Part shown: piece after piece, positions 1 through 24,145 of the stretch | Position numbering within the stretch: the stretch's first letter is position 1 | How the letters are laid out: each line of letters opens with the position of its first letter | Assembly (NCBI GenBank): GCA_943704425.1 | Contig: CALSCP010001507.1 | Location: forward strand, 1-64,000 | Length of the DNA stretch: 64,000 nucleotides | Direction of reading: 5' to 3' | Source: Ministeria vibrans ATCC 50519 | Lineage: Eukaryota; Protista; Filasterea | Translations under genes and position numbers: made by a program | The notes under the pieces: generated by a model | Seen by the model: only the letters and a program-made list of their open reading frames with translations | Told to the model about the DNA's origin: nothing | Databases searched by the model: none

Positions 1-1482
<1,482 letters not shown>

Positions 1483-2057
1483 TCTGCCAAAACAAAAAAA
1501 TATATATTTGAAATTTGAAGTCCGAATAATTTCACCACAAAACGGCAAAGCTCAAAAAGCAGCAAAAAGTAAGGGAATAGACCACTTCCGTCCCACGAAT
1601 ACTATACAACGATCCCAGATTCCCAGTTTAGTGAACCGATTTTGTGTCCACAACAAACTGTGAAACAACAATACAAACACCACCTCCAGACCGCACAAAC
1701 GCACTGTAACCCTACCTGCCATCTGTATGGCTTGCAATCAACTACACCGTAGACTTAGGGGCTATGACAAGTCTGCGCTGTCGCTACAACAGGAAAATAC
1801 CATAACACTGGATGATTCCTCGATCAGATCAAAACACACTCCCAACACATGCATATCGCCCGATATGGCAAACGGAGCAGAACTAAACGTTGTTTTGGTG
1901 AATTGCTGTGAACAGTGAAATGAGTGTGAATTGTGATGGACTTGAATCTTTAGTCGTTGATCGAATTTCAAATCTCCCTCTGACTCAGATTGTTTGCTAA
2001 CACTTTACCGACTGTGCAAGCTCTCCTCTTCACACAACCACCGACATAGCTTTTATC

Positions 2058-2587
2058 ATGAGTGCCTCTCTTCCCAGCGGCTGGGAGGAACACGTTTCGC
2101 GCAAAACAGGCCAAACGTACTTTCTCAATGTTCACACCAAAGAATCGCAATGGGACCGCCCTACTGCGCCTGCGTCCAAGCCTAGTTCGTCGAAAGTGCG
2201 CGCTTCACACCTCTTGGTGAAGCACAGAGACTCGCGCCGCCCAGCAAGCTGGAAATCTGAGGTTATCCAACGAGTCCTTTTTTGCTCTTCGTTTTGAAAC
2301 ACTCTTTGCGGCTGTTGTAGTCCATCACACGCACGAAGGAGGAGGCCATTGCGATTCTGGAAGGTAAAGCTAGGGTGCAGCGCGTTGAGCTGCGTTCCAG
2401 CCACTTTGCTTAGGGTTCCGACGACAGATTGTCAACAACGAAGTTACGTTTGAAGACCTTGCGTCGCGCGAGAGTGACTGTAGCAGTGCCAAGAAGGGTG
2501 GCGACCTTGGTCCCTTTGGCCGTGGTCAGATGCAGAGTAAGCGAACGAAGTGGTATTTCACGAATGACGCATGGAGACTGATGTGCT

Positions 2588-2671
<84 letters not shown>

Positions 2672-2822
2672 ATTGTATATGTGTGTTATTGTATGTGTGT
2701 GTGTGTGTGTGTGTGGATTGGTAGAGCCCTTTGAGGATGCAACGTATGGACTGCGTGTTGGCGAGCTCAGCGGAATTGTCGATACGGATTCGGGGGTTCA
2801 CATTATCCGGAGAACAATGTAG
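2058..2822 (+). CDS. PIN1: Peptidyl-prolyl cis-trans isomerase Pin1/Ess1 (WW + parvulin domains), 4 exons
   Basis: WW domain [31 protein letters not shown]; parvulin motifs [67 protein letters not shown]; GT-AG introns. Confidence 0.95.
2590..2716. repeat. (GT)n microsatellite in a Pin1 intron
   Basis: Directly visible GT dinucleotide run. Confidence 0.95.
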
Positions 2823-3219
2823 AAATGTGAAGTAGGCCAGTTTTTTTCTGCTTTTTTAAACGAGAAGTTGGAGGAGCTTGTTGATACCTCTGCAACACTG
2901 CACAGCCCTGAATGAGACTGATTGCCTGCTTTGCTACCCTAGCAATCAAGAAGAGCCTCCACTGGCCGAGGATGTGACTGCCTGGTGGGGGTCGCACTGT
3001 ATTGTGTGTGTATTTCGTCTCACAATCCGTCTATTATAATTCTCCTTTCTGATCTGCCAATAAGTTGTCACACCATGTCCCGCACGTACACGAACGAAAT
3101 CAAGAGAGTCATCACTTACTCTCGCATGTCCTTTTACTCCTATTCTCCCTCACTTTTTTTTCTCTCTCTCTCCCTCGCGCGTGCGCTCTTAGTCGTATCT
3201 AATATTATTCTGAGTACTT

Positions 3220-6200
3220 TCACTGAATAAATCCATAGTGACGCGCCATCCAGTAGGGCAAAAGGAAAGCGGACGGATCCCCCTCACTGGTTCCAGAGCC
3301 GCTATCAAGAGTAAACACATCGGCATTCCAACGCAGGGTGTTCTGCTCGTTGTAGGGTAGCACTCGCATGCTCTGCGACGCACTCGACCCAAACCGGTCC
3401 GTGTTTGGGTCGACGACAATGTCTTGCCGTTCGCTGTTGTGCACTTTCCAGGAGATCAGCTCCTATTGAGTGACAGAATATTATAAAAAAATAATCATTA
3501 TTGTTTATAATAATGATTAACGTCAAAATGGATTCAAGGCAAATAAATTTAACAATCATATTAAAATTGGTAGTCATTCAAAAAGCACTGAATGATTACT
3601 AGTTTCTCTCTGTATCACTTTGTTTTTTCTTCCTCCTTTCTCTCTCTCTCTCTCTATCACTTTGTTTTTTCTCCCTCTTTCTCTCTCTCTCTATCACTTT
3701 GTTTTTTCTCCCTCCTTTCTCTCTCTCTATCACTTTGTTTTTTCTCCCTCCTTTCTCTCTCTCTTTCTCTCATTCTCTCTCTATATATATCTTTCTCCTT
3801 TCTCTCTCTCTCTGTATCTTTCTCCTCTCTCTCTCTGTATCTTTCTCCTCTCTCTCTCTCCCTCTGTATCTTTCTCCTCTCTATCTTTCTCTCTCTTGAT
3901 GCGTACCATTGGCCAAGTGCGCAGACACCACACCGCCTCCTCCAGATCTGTGTCCTCCTCATATCCCATTGCTGAGTACATGACATTCCACAGCGACGAT
4001 CGTTCTGAACGGTTAATGTGCCACGATCGCATAGCACTCAGCTTCATCTCATTCTTCAGTCCCATATGCTCACTTCCGTTGTTAAACTACGAGTTTTAAA
4101 AATAATGTCAGTTTCAAATCACGACGGGCAAGAATAAAACAAGAGAGAGTGATCACTTCCAAAATACAAAATACAAACGAGACAGACTCGAGAGTGCGAG
4201 AGTGACCAGTTCCCAATCCCACGCGATAATAAAAAAAGAGAGAAAGTGAGTGAAGCGCCAAATATTTACCCAGAATGTGAAGTACGGCAACCACGCCAGT
4301 TCGTCGTCACTAAAATTATCGTCATCGGGAATCGTAATTTTCTACACAAATGAAACCGTCTTAGCGGCCTGTGCAATATACAATGACACGAATGATGTTC
4401 TTACTTGATTGATCATGTTCCTATCGTAGCGGTGATCTTTCACAAGATAGTCAAAGGCCGATTTGAGAGACTCGTCGCCACTCAATCGATACGCGGCAGA
4501 AAGGAACGAGAGGATTTGAAGAGCGTTAATTCCTACACAACAAAAATAAATAATTATTATTATTATTACTGTGAATGAATGTGTTCTCACTCAAAATCCC
4601 TCTTGACACATTTTTCATTGAATCACTTTCAATTTTGCTGGTTTGCCATTCTCTCTCCAACAAACTCACTCGCCCCCTTGGCTCACTCACTCACTCTCAC
4701 ACAATATTTCAATATCAAGCTCGCCCAACAAATAATAATAATTTTAATTTATAATACTTATTTGGTTTGTGTGGGTGTTCAGTCTCACTCAATCACTCTC
4801 ACTCAGTCAACACAATTGTATGTACATCTTTACTTACCGCGTTCGTCATACCAAAAAGGATCGACATTCAGCGTCTCAGGATCCCAATGGCCCCACGTGG
4901 TCGCATTGCCAAGCACACTACGCATCACGGGCATAATGGCATATTAATTGGTGCGGCAAAAAGTGAGTGTTTATTGCGGGTTGTTGTTCCGCTTGTGAAT
5001 TAAAAAATTATTAGAATTTAATGAGGTGAAGTTGAAAACAATAAGACGAAACAAATGAAAAGATCACAAAAATTACACACTAGAATCAGTGAGATTCAAC
5101 AAAGAGTGAACACCAAACTCATTCAAATCGGCTTACGAGACCAACGTGAAGTTGTTGCGGGTGATGTACTGCGCAATATCGACCGCAAGCGCCTTTGCCT
5201 GTGCGCGCTCGGCATCCGTTTCCGCAAGCAGATCGTGCACAATCGGATACACAAACATGTGGCCGCATACCTAAGCCAAAATAAACGTTTGTACAGTTTG
5301 AACGAATGGTGGGGTATGTTCAACGAAAGCCATGAAAATGCCAGCAGTCCCCAACCAATCCAAATACAATTAATAAAGATGATACCTCGTCGCTACTTGC
5401 GTCGCCCTTGAATGTCCATCCCGGAAGAGCCTTAGACGGGTACCAGCGTCCTCCATGCTCGTGCGGGTCCGTGTCTTTGACAAACGATCGCGCCATCAGA
5501 CCTAAAAGTAATTACAATTCCGTTGTAAACAGTCTTATTGGAATAAATGCGACGATAATGTGATCAAAAAAAAGACGCAACACCGGTGAAGAAGCAACCA
5601 CTCATAAGAGGGTGCGCTGTCAATTCTTGTAGTTTTAAGACGACGGAAAAGAAAGTAATCATATAAATACGCAAAAATTTATCATATTTTTAGTCTTGTG
5701 AAACAAAACGCAGAAAAGTAGTAAACGCGACGAATAGAAGTATTATCATTACCTTTAATGCCAGTGATGTGATTGAGCTTCTGAAGGGCCAAAAAGTGCG
5801 GCCAGGCGGCGGACTTGACTTGGGGATCGCGGGTGACGGCATAGCGGAAGGACTGCGCAGCGACATAGAGGGAGGTCCAGAGGCCGTCGTTGTCGTTGTC
5901 GTGGCGCGTGAATCCGGTGAGGTTGCCCGGGGTGTTGAGAGCGCAGTCGGCGACGAGACCGTAGCGGTCGTGGCGAGGCTCGACGAGCGTTTGAAGATGC
6001 GCTGCTTTGCGCGAGAGGGTCCAGGACTCGGAACGGATCCATGCGAGTCCTTGGTCTGTCGCGACGACTGTGAGGGGCGCGTGGGTGCCGTGGGGCGCTT
6101 CGACGTGCATACTCGTGTCGGTAGCAAGCACACGGTTGCCGGGAAGCCAGCGTTGGCCATTCATGTAGGACCAGTCAGAGAAGGAGGAGGAGGAGGATGA

Positions 6201-7699
6201 GGAGGCGAGACCCGAGTTGGGCGAGTAGAGGGCGAGACCACCGTCGCGCGAGCCCACCCACACACTCGGATCGCCCGTGAGACCCGACGCAGCCAGGGCT
6301 GTCACGTTGTTCACGGGGAGTCCACCATGAAGATAGCCGGCGAGACGGGTGTACGTGCCATTGGCATTAGCAATGTTCACACAGGCAGCGTTGCCAATCC
6401 ACAGGGCAGCCTGGCCGTCACAGGCAAATGCAGTAGGCGCACCATCAACAAGACCATGGGTCCAGTCCCACCAATGAGTAAGCCCATTGTCGTCACTGCG
6501 GTACAGCTTCGCGTCCGTGCCAATAGCCAGCCCACACGCACTGTGCCAGTGCAGGGCGGTAGGCGGGAGCTTGACAAACGAGAGCACGCTCACTTGCTGT
6601 GTCGCAAGGTCGACCTAAAAAAAAATCGTGTTAAAAACAATATGGTTGTAGGGAAGAGGAGAAAGTGGAATAGAGAAAACCAAATCAAATTGAAATGAGG
6701 ATGAATTTGAAGATGAACAGAGCAAAGAGAAAAAGAAGGGGAATTCCAAAACAAACCCCCAAAGTGAGAAAATATCAAAATAATTGGAAGAAAAAAAGAA
6801 AGAGGTAGAGAGCGATAAGAGAGAGAGAGCAACAAGAGAGGGGGAGAGAGAGAGAGAGGGAGAGAGAGGGAGAGAGAGGGAGAGAGAGGGAGAAAGAGAG
6901 AAACAAGGTGATAGAGGGAGAGAAGAGAAAACAAAGTGATAGAGAGAGAGAGAGAGAAACAAAATAGAGAGAGAGAAAAAGAAAACAAAATGATAGAGAG
7001 ATAGAGAGAGCAGTAAAAAGAGAATAAAAAACCCCAAATTTCAAACAAGATGAGACAAAACAGATGAGACGACGACGACGACGACGACGAGTCAGGCCAA
7101 TAGTATGTCAAAGGCTACCTTGAACACTTGACGGTCGCCCGCGACAAACGCCGTAGAGGTCTCGTGATTCACTGCAAGGCCCACGATATGCGTCGACGAG
7201 AAGGGGTGGGCAATGGTCGCGTCAAGGCGATCCTCGCGCACCACATACAGCTGCGTGGGCGTTGCAATCAACAGAGGCGCATTGGGGGCGGCGCTGCGGG
7301 ACGACGCCAGACGCGAGCCGGGCACAAGGTGCAGGTCGAGGGCAAGATCGAGGCGAGTGAGGTCGGGAGTGGCGCCCGTTGCTGCGAGACGCAGTGCGTA
7401 CAGCGATGCGTCGGCGAGAAGGTACGCACGCGCGTCGTCGCCGTCGTTGGCAGCGCTGTGGTCCACCGCAACGTCGCGAATCGTAGGCGTGTCCAACTCA
7501 GGCCAAACTCCCACGCGTGGTGCGTCGCGGTAGGTCAGGCGAGTCGAAACTGCGAAGAGAATGAATTTCGTGCAGAAAAAAATATATATATTCAACTCTT
7601 TCACTAACTGTGCTCGATGTAAGGCGTGTCCAGGACCAACTTGGACTGCGCCGTCAGAGGGTGGAGAAGGGATAGGAGAACGAGAGGGAGAAGGTACAT
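3220..7699 (-). CDS. Secreted protein with N-terminal beta-propeller-like region and a conserved helical C-terminal domain (bacterial-like hypothetical family), multi-exon
   Basis: Signal peptide MYLLPLVLLSLLHPLTAQ; propeller-like GLPVNNVTALA..VWVGS and RWLPGNRV; motifs DNDNDGLWTSLYVAAQSFRYAVT, LMARSF, WTFKGDASSDE, FLLPYWMARHYGFI joined by GT-AG introns. Confidence 0.7.
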
Positions 7700-8076
7700 C
7701 ACGGGAATGAAATTGAAATTAGCAATAATAAATAATATTCAGAAATCTTTATTCTTCAGTCGATGACGCATTCACAGACACAATAAATCGAACAAAAGTG
7801 AAGTATCTGATGGCTCTTGCCGATTCCTTGGACCTTGGCTCCTTTATCGCATAAACTGACAAACCTGTAATTAATAAATCGCTCGTTTTCCAAAGTCGAA
7901 CCTATTGCGTTGTAACTCTAAAGCACTGTAAAGCCTATCCAAGGTGACCACAAATGTAGTAACACTAGCACTCTTAATGGGCCGTAACGTTGACTTTTTA
8001 ATTAAAAATAGGTATATATAACCAAATAAGCAATTTCGCCGTCAGATGAAGTGGCACTTGCTTCTGCTTCCAAACT

Positions 8077-8178
8077 TGCTTCATAGTGTAGTTGGTTAGA
8101 ATGAAAAACATCTGTTTTCCATGATTCCCACGATCGGCTCTGAACCGGTAGACCTGGGTTCGAATCCCGGTGAGGCAA
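8077..8178 (+). tRNA. trnQ-CUG: tRNA-Gln(CUG) with a 29-nt intron at position 22/23 (intron 8100-8128)
   Basis: After removing 8100-8128: acceptor TGCTTCA/TGAGGCA, D arm GTGT-AGTTGGTTA-GCAC, anticodon arm ATCGG-CTCTGAA-CCGGT (CTG at 8140-8142), T arm CTGGG-TTCGAAT-CCCGG; followed by a T9 run. Confidence 0.9.
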
Positions 8179-8187
8179 TTTTTTTTT
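8179..8187 (+). terminator. RNA polymerase III oligo-T terminator of the tRNA gene
   Basis: T9 run immediately after the discriminator base. Confidence 0.85.
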
Positions 8188-8653
8188 GCATTTTTGAGCA
8201 ATATCTTTTAATTTTTTATATTATAATTATATTTTTTATTCGTGGTTTTGTTTTTTTTTTTTTTACCAAAGTATACTTGTACTGAATGGCGTCTCCGCGT
8301 CTGTTTTGTGTCATCCTGTTCGACATGTTTGTTTCATTTATTGCTCAAGGAAAGGTAATATAATGAACAACAAGTGCGATTTAACGGATTTATAATCATT
8401 GAATATTATCATAGGCTCTCTCTCCAACCGCGAAACTCCCAGGTCGGGTCTCTCAGTCTCTGTGGACTGTGACGACTAATGACCGATGAGTCTGACTCAT
8501 TTTTAAGTCTGTCTGTCACTCTGAGGCATCTTCAGTCTGTGCTAACGTTCCAGCTTTGAGTCAATATTTTTAATCATTGCCACTTCACCACTCCGCCGCC
8601 TTGTATCCCTTACCACCGCACCACCCCACCCCACCCCTTGCAACTCAGTTGTT

Positions 8654-19135
<10,482 letters not shown>

Positions 19136-19234
19136 AACACTATAAAAAACTTATGCTCTTCTTATTCTTTAAAAGTGTGTCAGACGTGCTGTACTCTCGA
19201 GTCAGGAAAGGAATAAACTTTTGATTGGATAAAT

Positions 19235-21816
19235 TTACGTGGGCCACACGGGCCGAGGCAAAGACCAAGCAATGGCTGCCTCATCAAAAGGCCTCCAGAC
19301 CCTCAGTTTTGCCGTGGACCACGACGAAACATCTTGGTTGAAGCTGGCAGCGTCAACAAACATGTACTGCATGCTCTCTACCGAGGATGTGTCCCAGGCA
19401 CCAATGTTTTGATTGAACAGTGGAGCGTTCCAAAACATCCGGGAAAGATCTTTCACCTGCCGGAAGAATATAGAAGGAAAAATGTTTGAGGCAAACACTT
19501 CCAAGAAGTATACCGTACATTCGTGGTGTTCCACAACTCAAGGCCTTCACCACGAAAGGAGTCTGCGCCTTCAAACATGCTTTTGAACGAAATCACCTGA
19601 TTAATGAAGAAAAAGAAGAGAAAAGAAATTAATCGAAGCCTGCTGACAAAGTGGAGGAATAGAGGGAATATCGTGTACGAGTTATTGTCGCTCCCAATTC
19701 ATAATAATTATAAATAATAATAAATGGGTTGTATTCTCTTCTCTAAATAATAATAATAATAATATTTTTATAATTATAATTATATCGTATTGTTTTCGAA
19801 TCAATTACCTTGGCTGTGTTCCACCCAAGTCGCTGATTGAAAGAGACTGCGCCCGAAAACATGAATTTCAAGTTTTCAAAATTCTTCGTGTTCCACTCCA
19901 ACGGTTGATTAAAAGATTTAGCCACGTGGAACATACTGTGCACACTCCTGAGCGAGTCGGTGATCCAATCCAAGCGCTGATTAAATGCAGTATTGAAAGC
20001 AAACATACTCTCACTGCGCTCCAAATTTGAAGTGTTCCATCGAGATATGTCACGATTGAAAATCCCTTTGTAGAACATTCCGCCCATCGCTTGAACCTAA
20101 TTATAAGGAGTGCGAGAAGAGAGTTTTAGTTTCCTATTCACATTCTGTTGCACAGTTTTTCCCCATTCAGTTGGTCATATTTGTTGTCCTTGACGTACGC
20201 TCGAAACATCCCAATTGCCGATGAAACCATTAAAAGTTGAATTTGCAAACATGTGCGCCATGGTAACGACCTGAAAAAGAGTGTGCAAAAAATGACAGAA
20301 TACAATTAAGAATAAATAATTGGTATCATAATAATTATTATTAGAAGAATAATAATAATAAAATTATTATGATTGTGATCATTGTTAAGACGTATATTAC
20401 CTGGGAGGTATCCCAAGAATCGAGAGAATTTGCCTGAAACGACGAAAACTCAAACATGCGCGACATGTCCTGAATAGTTGAGACGTTCCAGTTGGCTAGA
20501 GCGTCCACACGACCGAGCAAGGTGGTGCCGGAAAATGCACCTTTCAGCGTAGTGGTCGTGCTCAAGTCTGGCACATCAATTGCTGAGATTCTCATGTTGT
20601 GTGCTCCCTCAAAGTAGTGGCCGTCGCAACCAGCGTAATTACCAAGCTCGATAGGTCCCCATTGGCGAACATCAACGAGGTGAACTATGTCGGCGTTTGC
20701 TCGGATGCCCTGCACGCTACCCTTGAGGGTGACAGTGTGAACGCCAGCTGCGGCATATGTGTGCGTCACGGCTGCATCAGCAGCGCTTGTAATGATCTCG
20801 CGCGGTGTGCTGTCTCCAAAGTCCGCCAGGAAGTTGTAATTACCGTCGAGGACGAGCGGCAACGCAATGGTTTGATCGGGAGACAGAGTTTGGTACATGA
20901 GGATTGTCTCCGGTAGCGCGCGTTGGACAGTGACTGTAAATGAGCAGACGGCTTGGTTGCCAGCAGTATCGCGGGCTGTGAACGTCACGGTTGTCTCTCC
21001 AACGGGAAAATCCCAGCCAGAACTATGCGTTGAGGTAAGGGAGAAAACACGATTGTTGTCACTCACGTGGGGCAGTGCGTAATAAACCACACTTGACTCG
21101 CCCATGCTGAGCGTTCGCACGACACTCCCCGGACAGCTTGAGAGCACAGGGGGAACTGTGTCGCAACATCGCACGTCAATAGCACACGAGTTTACTCTTG
21201 GTGAACACTACATCACATACAAAAGACAGGTGAGTAGTGAGAGCACAAAAACAAATACATTATAATCATGACAAATATTTAGAAGGAAAATAATATTTTA
21301 ATAACATTCAACAACAATAAAAAATATTTCAATAATAATAATAATTATTATTAATTATTATTATATTTTTTCTTACGTTTTTCAGGTCGATCTCGCAAAA
21401 ATCTCCCGCAAAATTGGTGTAACATTTGCAAACTGCGGTTCCGTTGACGTCTTGGCAAGCCCCTGCGCCAACACGACACGGGTTCACCGAAGGCATGCAC
21501 GGTCGAGCTTTCTCACAGAGCTCTCCATGAAACTGGTAAGGGCAGAGACAAATGAACGAATTCGAAAGAGCACTGACGAGGCAGGTTGCTCCATTTTGAC
21601 ATTGATTGGAGCTACATATTTTCCCCTCATTCAATTGCTGAGCAACCATACGATACATCGTATCCTTTAGTCCAGCAATTTCCATAGCAACATCCGTGTT
21701 TTGTTCACTGACGGTGGCTTCAAGTGAGGTCAGGCGTGCGGGTATCTAAAGATGAATTTGAAGTTTAGGAATCCATGTAGAAGAAGAAGAGTAATAATAA
21801 TAATAATAATAATAAC

Positions 21817-21880
<64 letters not shown>

Positions 21881-21883
21881 GTA

Positions 21884-21925
<42 letters not shown>

Positions 21926-21933
21926 GCGAAAAA

Positions 21934-21967
<34 letters not shown>

Positions 21968-21973
21968 GAAAAA

Positions 21974-22013
<40 letters not shown>

Positions 22014-22019
22014 GAAAAA

Positions 22020-22062
<43 letters not shown>

Positions 22063-22464
22063 GAAAAAATAATTATAATAATAATAATAATAATTAGTAA
22101 TGATGTCATCAATGCCAAGAACTGAAGACTATAAAGAAATAGAGAAGATCCCTTTTTTCGAAATTTAACGCGAAAACAAAGCAAACATAATCGACCCTGT
22201 CGACTTTTATGGGTTTTTCCAAAACAGCACCTTCTCCGCGTTATCCGCCAAAGTTTCGAGAAAAATGTTCCGGCCGTTGTAAAAGATCTTCCCGAGATGC
22301 GGGTCCATGCGAACGGTGCGAGTGTCATCGAGTGTGGAGAACTCAAAATATTCCGCCGACATTTTCAAATTCTGCTCAACACCTCTTCCAATCGCAACGC
22401 TGTTAGGATCAGCAGCGGATAACAGAGAAAAGCAAAAGATAATCGTTGCTACAATAAACAACAT
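19235..22464 (-). CDS. Secreted mosaic protein: stalk/coiled coil, 2 EGF, HYR, PKD-like domain, DUF285 (BspA-like) repeats
   Basis: Signal peptide; CSSNQCQNGATC EGF; HYR DTVPPVLSSCP...FPVGETTVTFTARDTAGNQAVCSFTVTV; DFGD..THTYAAAGVHTVTL; repeated W[D/N]TS.V..M..MF..A.SFNQ units. Confidence 0.85.
21790..22093. repeat. (AAT)n microsatellite in an intron
   Basis: Directly visible. Confidence 0.95.
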
Positions 22465-22668
22465 GGCGGAAATCCCAAAAAAAGAAAAAGAATGATAATT
22501 AATATAAAATCGTCCAAATCGAAAACAAGAAAGAACTTCGACAAAAGTCGGTTCGACAAAAATAAAGTATTATTATTATCTCAAGCTCTCAATTCCAACA
22601 CCACTCATTTAAACATTCTGGCCATTTCAGCACAGTATCCAAAGAAGCATAAGATAAAGTTGCGCGTA

Positions 22669-23673
22669 ATGGGACTTCTGGCGACTATCGTTCTGACCTT
22701 TGCAACTGTGGCGGGATCTTCGCCTCTTCGACCCGTTGCGAGTCCAAATGTTATCCTTCCTATTCCCTGGTCACGTCTTTCTTTCAACCATTCACTCTCT
22801 CCTAACTTTTGCACTACAGTCAACTTGTCTTCTCTGGTAATCAAAAGAAGACAAATTGAAAAGAAAGGGAGACTCGACCAAATTTTCGACCATTTTCAAT
22901 CAGTTTCCATAATAAATGAAGCATAATAATACACTGCGCTCAAAATCATTTTTTTAATTACCGCTTTCTTTCTTCTTCAGGGTTTAAACGGAAGTGTTGC
23001 CATCAACGCGACACATGCCCCAGCGCGAGTGGAAAAAATTCAGGCTCTCGGAAAAATTCAATTTACCGAACCAGGCGCGAAACTTTCTTTTGGTAATTCG
23101 TCGTATCTTTCCGGCTGCCAGTCGTGTGCTTCGTCGCCTTGTCATAACGGGGCATATTGTTTTAACCGCGAGGGAAGCCAGTTCACTTGCGTATGTCCCG
23201 TCTCATTTACGGGGGCGTTGTGCCAGCTTGAGGCACCATCAAACGCCTCCGCAAACTCCAATTCGTCACCAATCACCATCGGAGTTGCCGTTGGTGCTAT
23301 ATTGGTATGTTGTGTTGCTTTGGCCCTTGCTACAATCTCAAGACGACGACGCCATGCTCGGGCGAGAAACAGTGCGANNNNNNNTGCTGAGTGTTCCGAG
23401 GGTCGTACAGGAGGGTCTCCGTCAAGTCACTCGGTTCCTTCTACCTCGACGCAATTCCAGACGGACACTCTTCATTCAATGGGCAACTCAGGAGTAGCAA
23501 CTGATAGTGCAACAGCAGCATTAGCGACTGAAAACATTGCAACGACGATCACGACAACACCACAATATCTTCAGCTGCTGCAGGAATTGATATCCTCTGT
23601 GAACATACTCAATAAGGCGACGTCATCGAAAGAGTATCTTAACAATGCGCTGCAAACAAGTTCAGATATTTAA
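22669..23673 (+). CDS. Small type I membrane protein with one EGF domain (3' part crosses an N-gap and is uncertain)
   Basis: Signal peptide MGLLATIVLTFATVAG; CASSPCHNGAYC...FTCVCPVSFTGALC; TM ITIGVAVGAILVCCVALALATIS followed by RRRR. Confidence 0.65.
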
Positions 23674-24145
23674 ATATAAAAAAATGTTGCCTTATTCGGA
23701 GTGAGAAGAGAAAGTGAAACGAGAGGAAACAAAACAACTAGACTTTCAAACGGAAATGACCCGAGAGCAGTCCATGGTACCACGAATAGTCTGATACACC
23801 CATGATAGACCTCATAGAAGTGCATGGAAGGACACAGAGACACAGAGCTTGTGTACAGCAGTCTCGGGCGCTCTATATTAGCTGAAAGAGAGCAAAAGAG
23901 AGAGAGCGGGAGAACTTAAACCTCGCTCAGAATGCACTGGCGTGCCTCGAGAATGGCTTGTAACGCGGCCAAAACACATTTAGAAGGCAGAATGGTGCGC
24001 CTCCGTTCTGTTGTGACAAAAATTGCCGCACTGAAGACAAACACGACGACACTCGTGCGGTAAGCTGTTGTGCGTCTTCTCAACATAACAAGTGAGTTAC
24101 AACTTACAAGTCTGACAAGTCAAAAATCAAAATTAACTGTTTTTC

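Noticed and set aside
23386-24060. Sequence after the N-gap as a possible transposon or pseudogene
   Set aside because: No recognisable motif in any frame; cannot be supported.
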